A stretch of 64,000 nucleotides of DNA from Dendrobates tinctorius (taxonomy: Eukaryota), in NCBI RefSeq assembly GCF_039654945.1, contig NW_027362062.1, positions 3,720,001-3,784,000 on the forward strand, read 5' to 3'. Numbering within the stretch: position 1 is the first letter of the stretch; every line of letters starts with the position of its first letter. The notes under the pieces are model-generated. The model did no database searches. It saw only the letters and a list, made by a program, of their open reading frames with translations, and was not told the DNA's origin. Shown here piece after piece: positions 62,201 through 64,000 of this stretch. Position numbers and translations under genes: made by a program.

Positions 62201-64000
62201 CGCCCCCTGGTGTCTGTTTATGGAAATACCCTAAAGCCCCCCCCTGGTGTCTGATTATAGAGATGCGCTGAAGTGCCCCTGGTGTCTGATTATAGAAATG
62301 CGCTGAAGCGCCCCCTGGTGTCTGATTATGGAAATACCCTAAAGCCCCCCCTGTCTGATTATAGAAATGAGCTGAAGCGCCCCCTGGAGTCTGATTATAG
62401 AATTGCGCTGAAGCGCCCCCTGGTGTCTCATTATAGAAATACCCTGAAGCGCCCCCTGGTGTCTGATTATAGAAATACCCTGAAGCGCCCCCTGGAGTCT
62501 GATTATAGAAATGCGCTGAAGCCCCCCCCCCTGGTGTCTGATTATAGAAATGCGCTGAGGCGCCCCCTGGTGTCTGATTATGGAAATACCCTGAAGCCCC
62601 CCCTGGTGTCTGATTATAGAAATGCGCTGAAGCCCCCCCTGGTGTCTGATTATAGAAATGCGCTGAAGCGCCCCCTGAAATCTGATTATAGAAATGCGCT
62701 GAAGCACCCCCTGGTGTCTGATTATAGAAATGCGCTGAAGCGCCCCCTGAAATCTGATTATAGAAATGCGCTGAAGCACCCCCTGGTGTCTGATTATAGA
62801 AATGTTAATTGGATTTGGATGAACCTTTGTCAAAACAAATGAAATGGAAATTTGCATAAAAAGAAATGTGCTGAAGCGCCCCCTGGTGTCTGATTATAGA
62901 AATGTGCTGAAGCGCCCCCTGAAATCTGATTATAGAAATGCGCTGAAGCGCCCCCTGGTGTCTGATTATAGAAATGAGCTGATGCGCCCCCTGAAGTCTG
63001 ATTATAGAAATGCGCTGAAGCCCCCCCTGGTGTCTGATTATGGAAATACCCTGAAGCGCCCCCTGGTGTCTGATTATAGAAATGCGCTGAAGCGCCCCCT
63101 GAAGTCTGATTATAGAAATGCGCTGAAGCGCCCCCTGGTGTCTGATTATAGAAATGAGCTGAAGCGCCTCCTGGTATCTGAATATAGAAATGTGCTGAAG
63201 CGCCCCCTGGTGTCTGATTATGGAAATACCCTGAAGCGCCCTCTGGTGTCTGATTATAGAAATGTGCTGAAGCGCCCCCTTGTGTCTGATTATAGAAATG
63301 AGCTGAAGCTCCCCCTTGTGTCTGATTATAGAAATGCGCTGAAGCCCCCCCGGTGTCTGATTATAGAAATGCGCTGAAGTGCCCCCTGGTGTCTGATTAT
63401 AGAAATACCCTGAAGCGCCCCCTGGAGTCTGATTATAGAAATGCGCTGAAGCCCCCCCGGTGTCTGATTATAGAAATACCCTGAAGCGCCCCCTGGAGTC
63501 TGATTATAGAAATGCGCTGAAGCCCCCCCGGTGTCTGATTATAGAAACGCGCTGAAGCGCCCCCTGGAGTCTGATTATGGAAATGCGCTGAAGCGCCCCC
63601 TGGTGTCTGATTATAGAAATGTTAATTGGATTTGGATGAACCTTTGTCAAAACAAATGAAATGGAAATTTGCATAAAAAGAAATGTGCTGAAGCGCCCCC
63701 TGGTGTCTGATTATAGAAATACCCTGAAGCGCCCCCTGGAGTCTGATTATAGAAATGCGCTGAAGCGCCCCCTGGTGTCTGATTATAGAAATACCCTGAA
63801 GCGCCCCCTGGAGTCTGATTATAGAAATGCGCTGAAGCCCCCCCGGTGTCTGATTATAGAAACGCGCTGAAGCGCCCCCTGGAGTCTGATTATGGAAATG
63901 CGCTGAAGCGCCCCCTGGTGTCTGATTATAGAAATGTTAATTGGATTTGGATGAACCTTTGTCAAAACAAATGAAATGGAAATTTGCATAAAAAGAAATG
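59250..64000 (+). repeat. 36-bp tandem array (CTGAAGCGCCCCCTGGTGTCTGATTATAGAAATGCG), about 125 units, in DARS2 intron 8; runs off the window
   Basis: 12-codon periodic ORFs (LKRPLVSDYRNx)n; three copies of a ~59-bp interruption. Confidence 0.98.

Noticed and set aside
59250-64000. CRISPR-like 36-bp repeats, or a (LKRPLVSDYRN)n repeat protein
   Set aside because: No unique spacers, no cas genes, eukaryotic intron. The ORFs arise because the unit is a multiple of 3 and break at C-run indels.

Overview
Vertebrate genomic DNA, most likely from a frog (inferred from the repeat repertoire and protein divergence; species not determinable here). It holds three protein-coding genes. PCSK9 is complete on the + strand (12 coding exons, 8517-28175, about 676 aa). 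CENPL is complete on the - strand (4 coding exons, 48157-37706, 346 aa). DARS2 is partial on the + strand (first 8 coding exons, 54479-59165) and shares a head-to-head CpG-island promoter with CENPL. Introns and intergenic space are packed with transposons: a full-length but frameshifted DIRS1-type element with ITRs and ICR (29446-35613), an R4/Dong-clade LINE, CR1/L2 fragments, three solo LTRs, Tc1 remnants, hAT/Harbinger/TTAA MITEs, and a 5.6 kb piggyBac-like element carrying telomere-like and satellite repeats. Three signals stand out. (1) A >4.7 kb array of about 125 co-oriented 36-bp units in DARS2 intron 8, whose consensus contains a near-canonical CTCF core. (2) A ~3.7 kb palindrome in a CENPL intron with a Penelope-type hammerhead relic. 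(3) A PCSK9 HNF1-(HINFP)-SRE promoter cassette with apparently mammalian spacing. All comparisons with human sequences are from memory, not from database searches.
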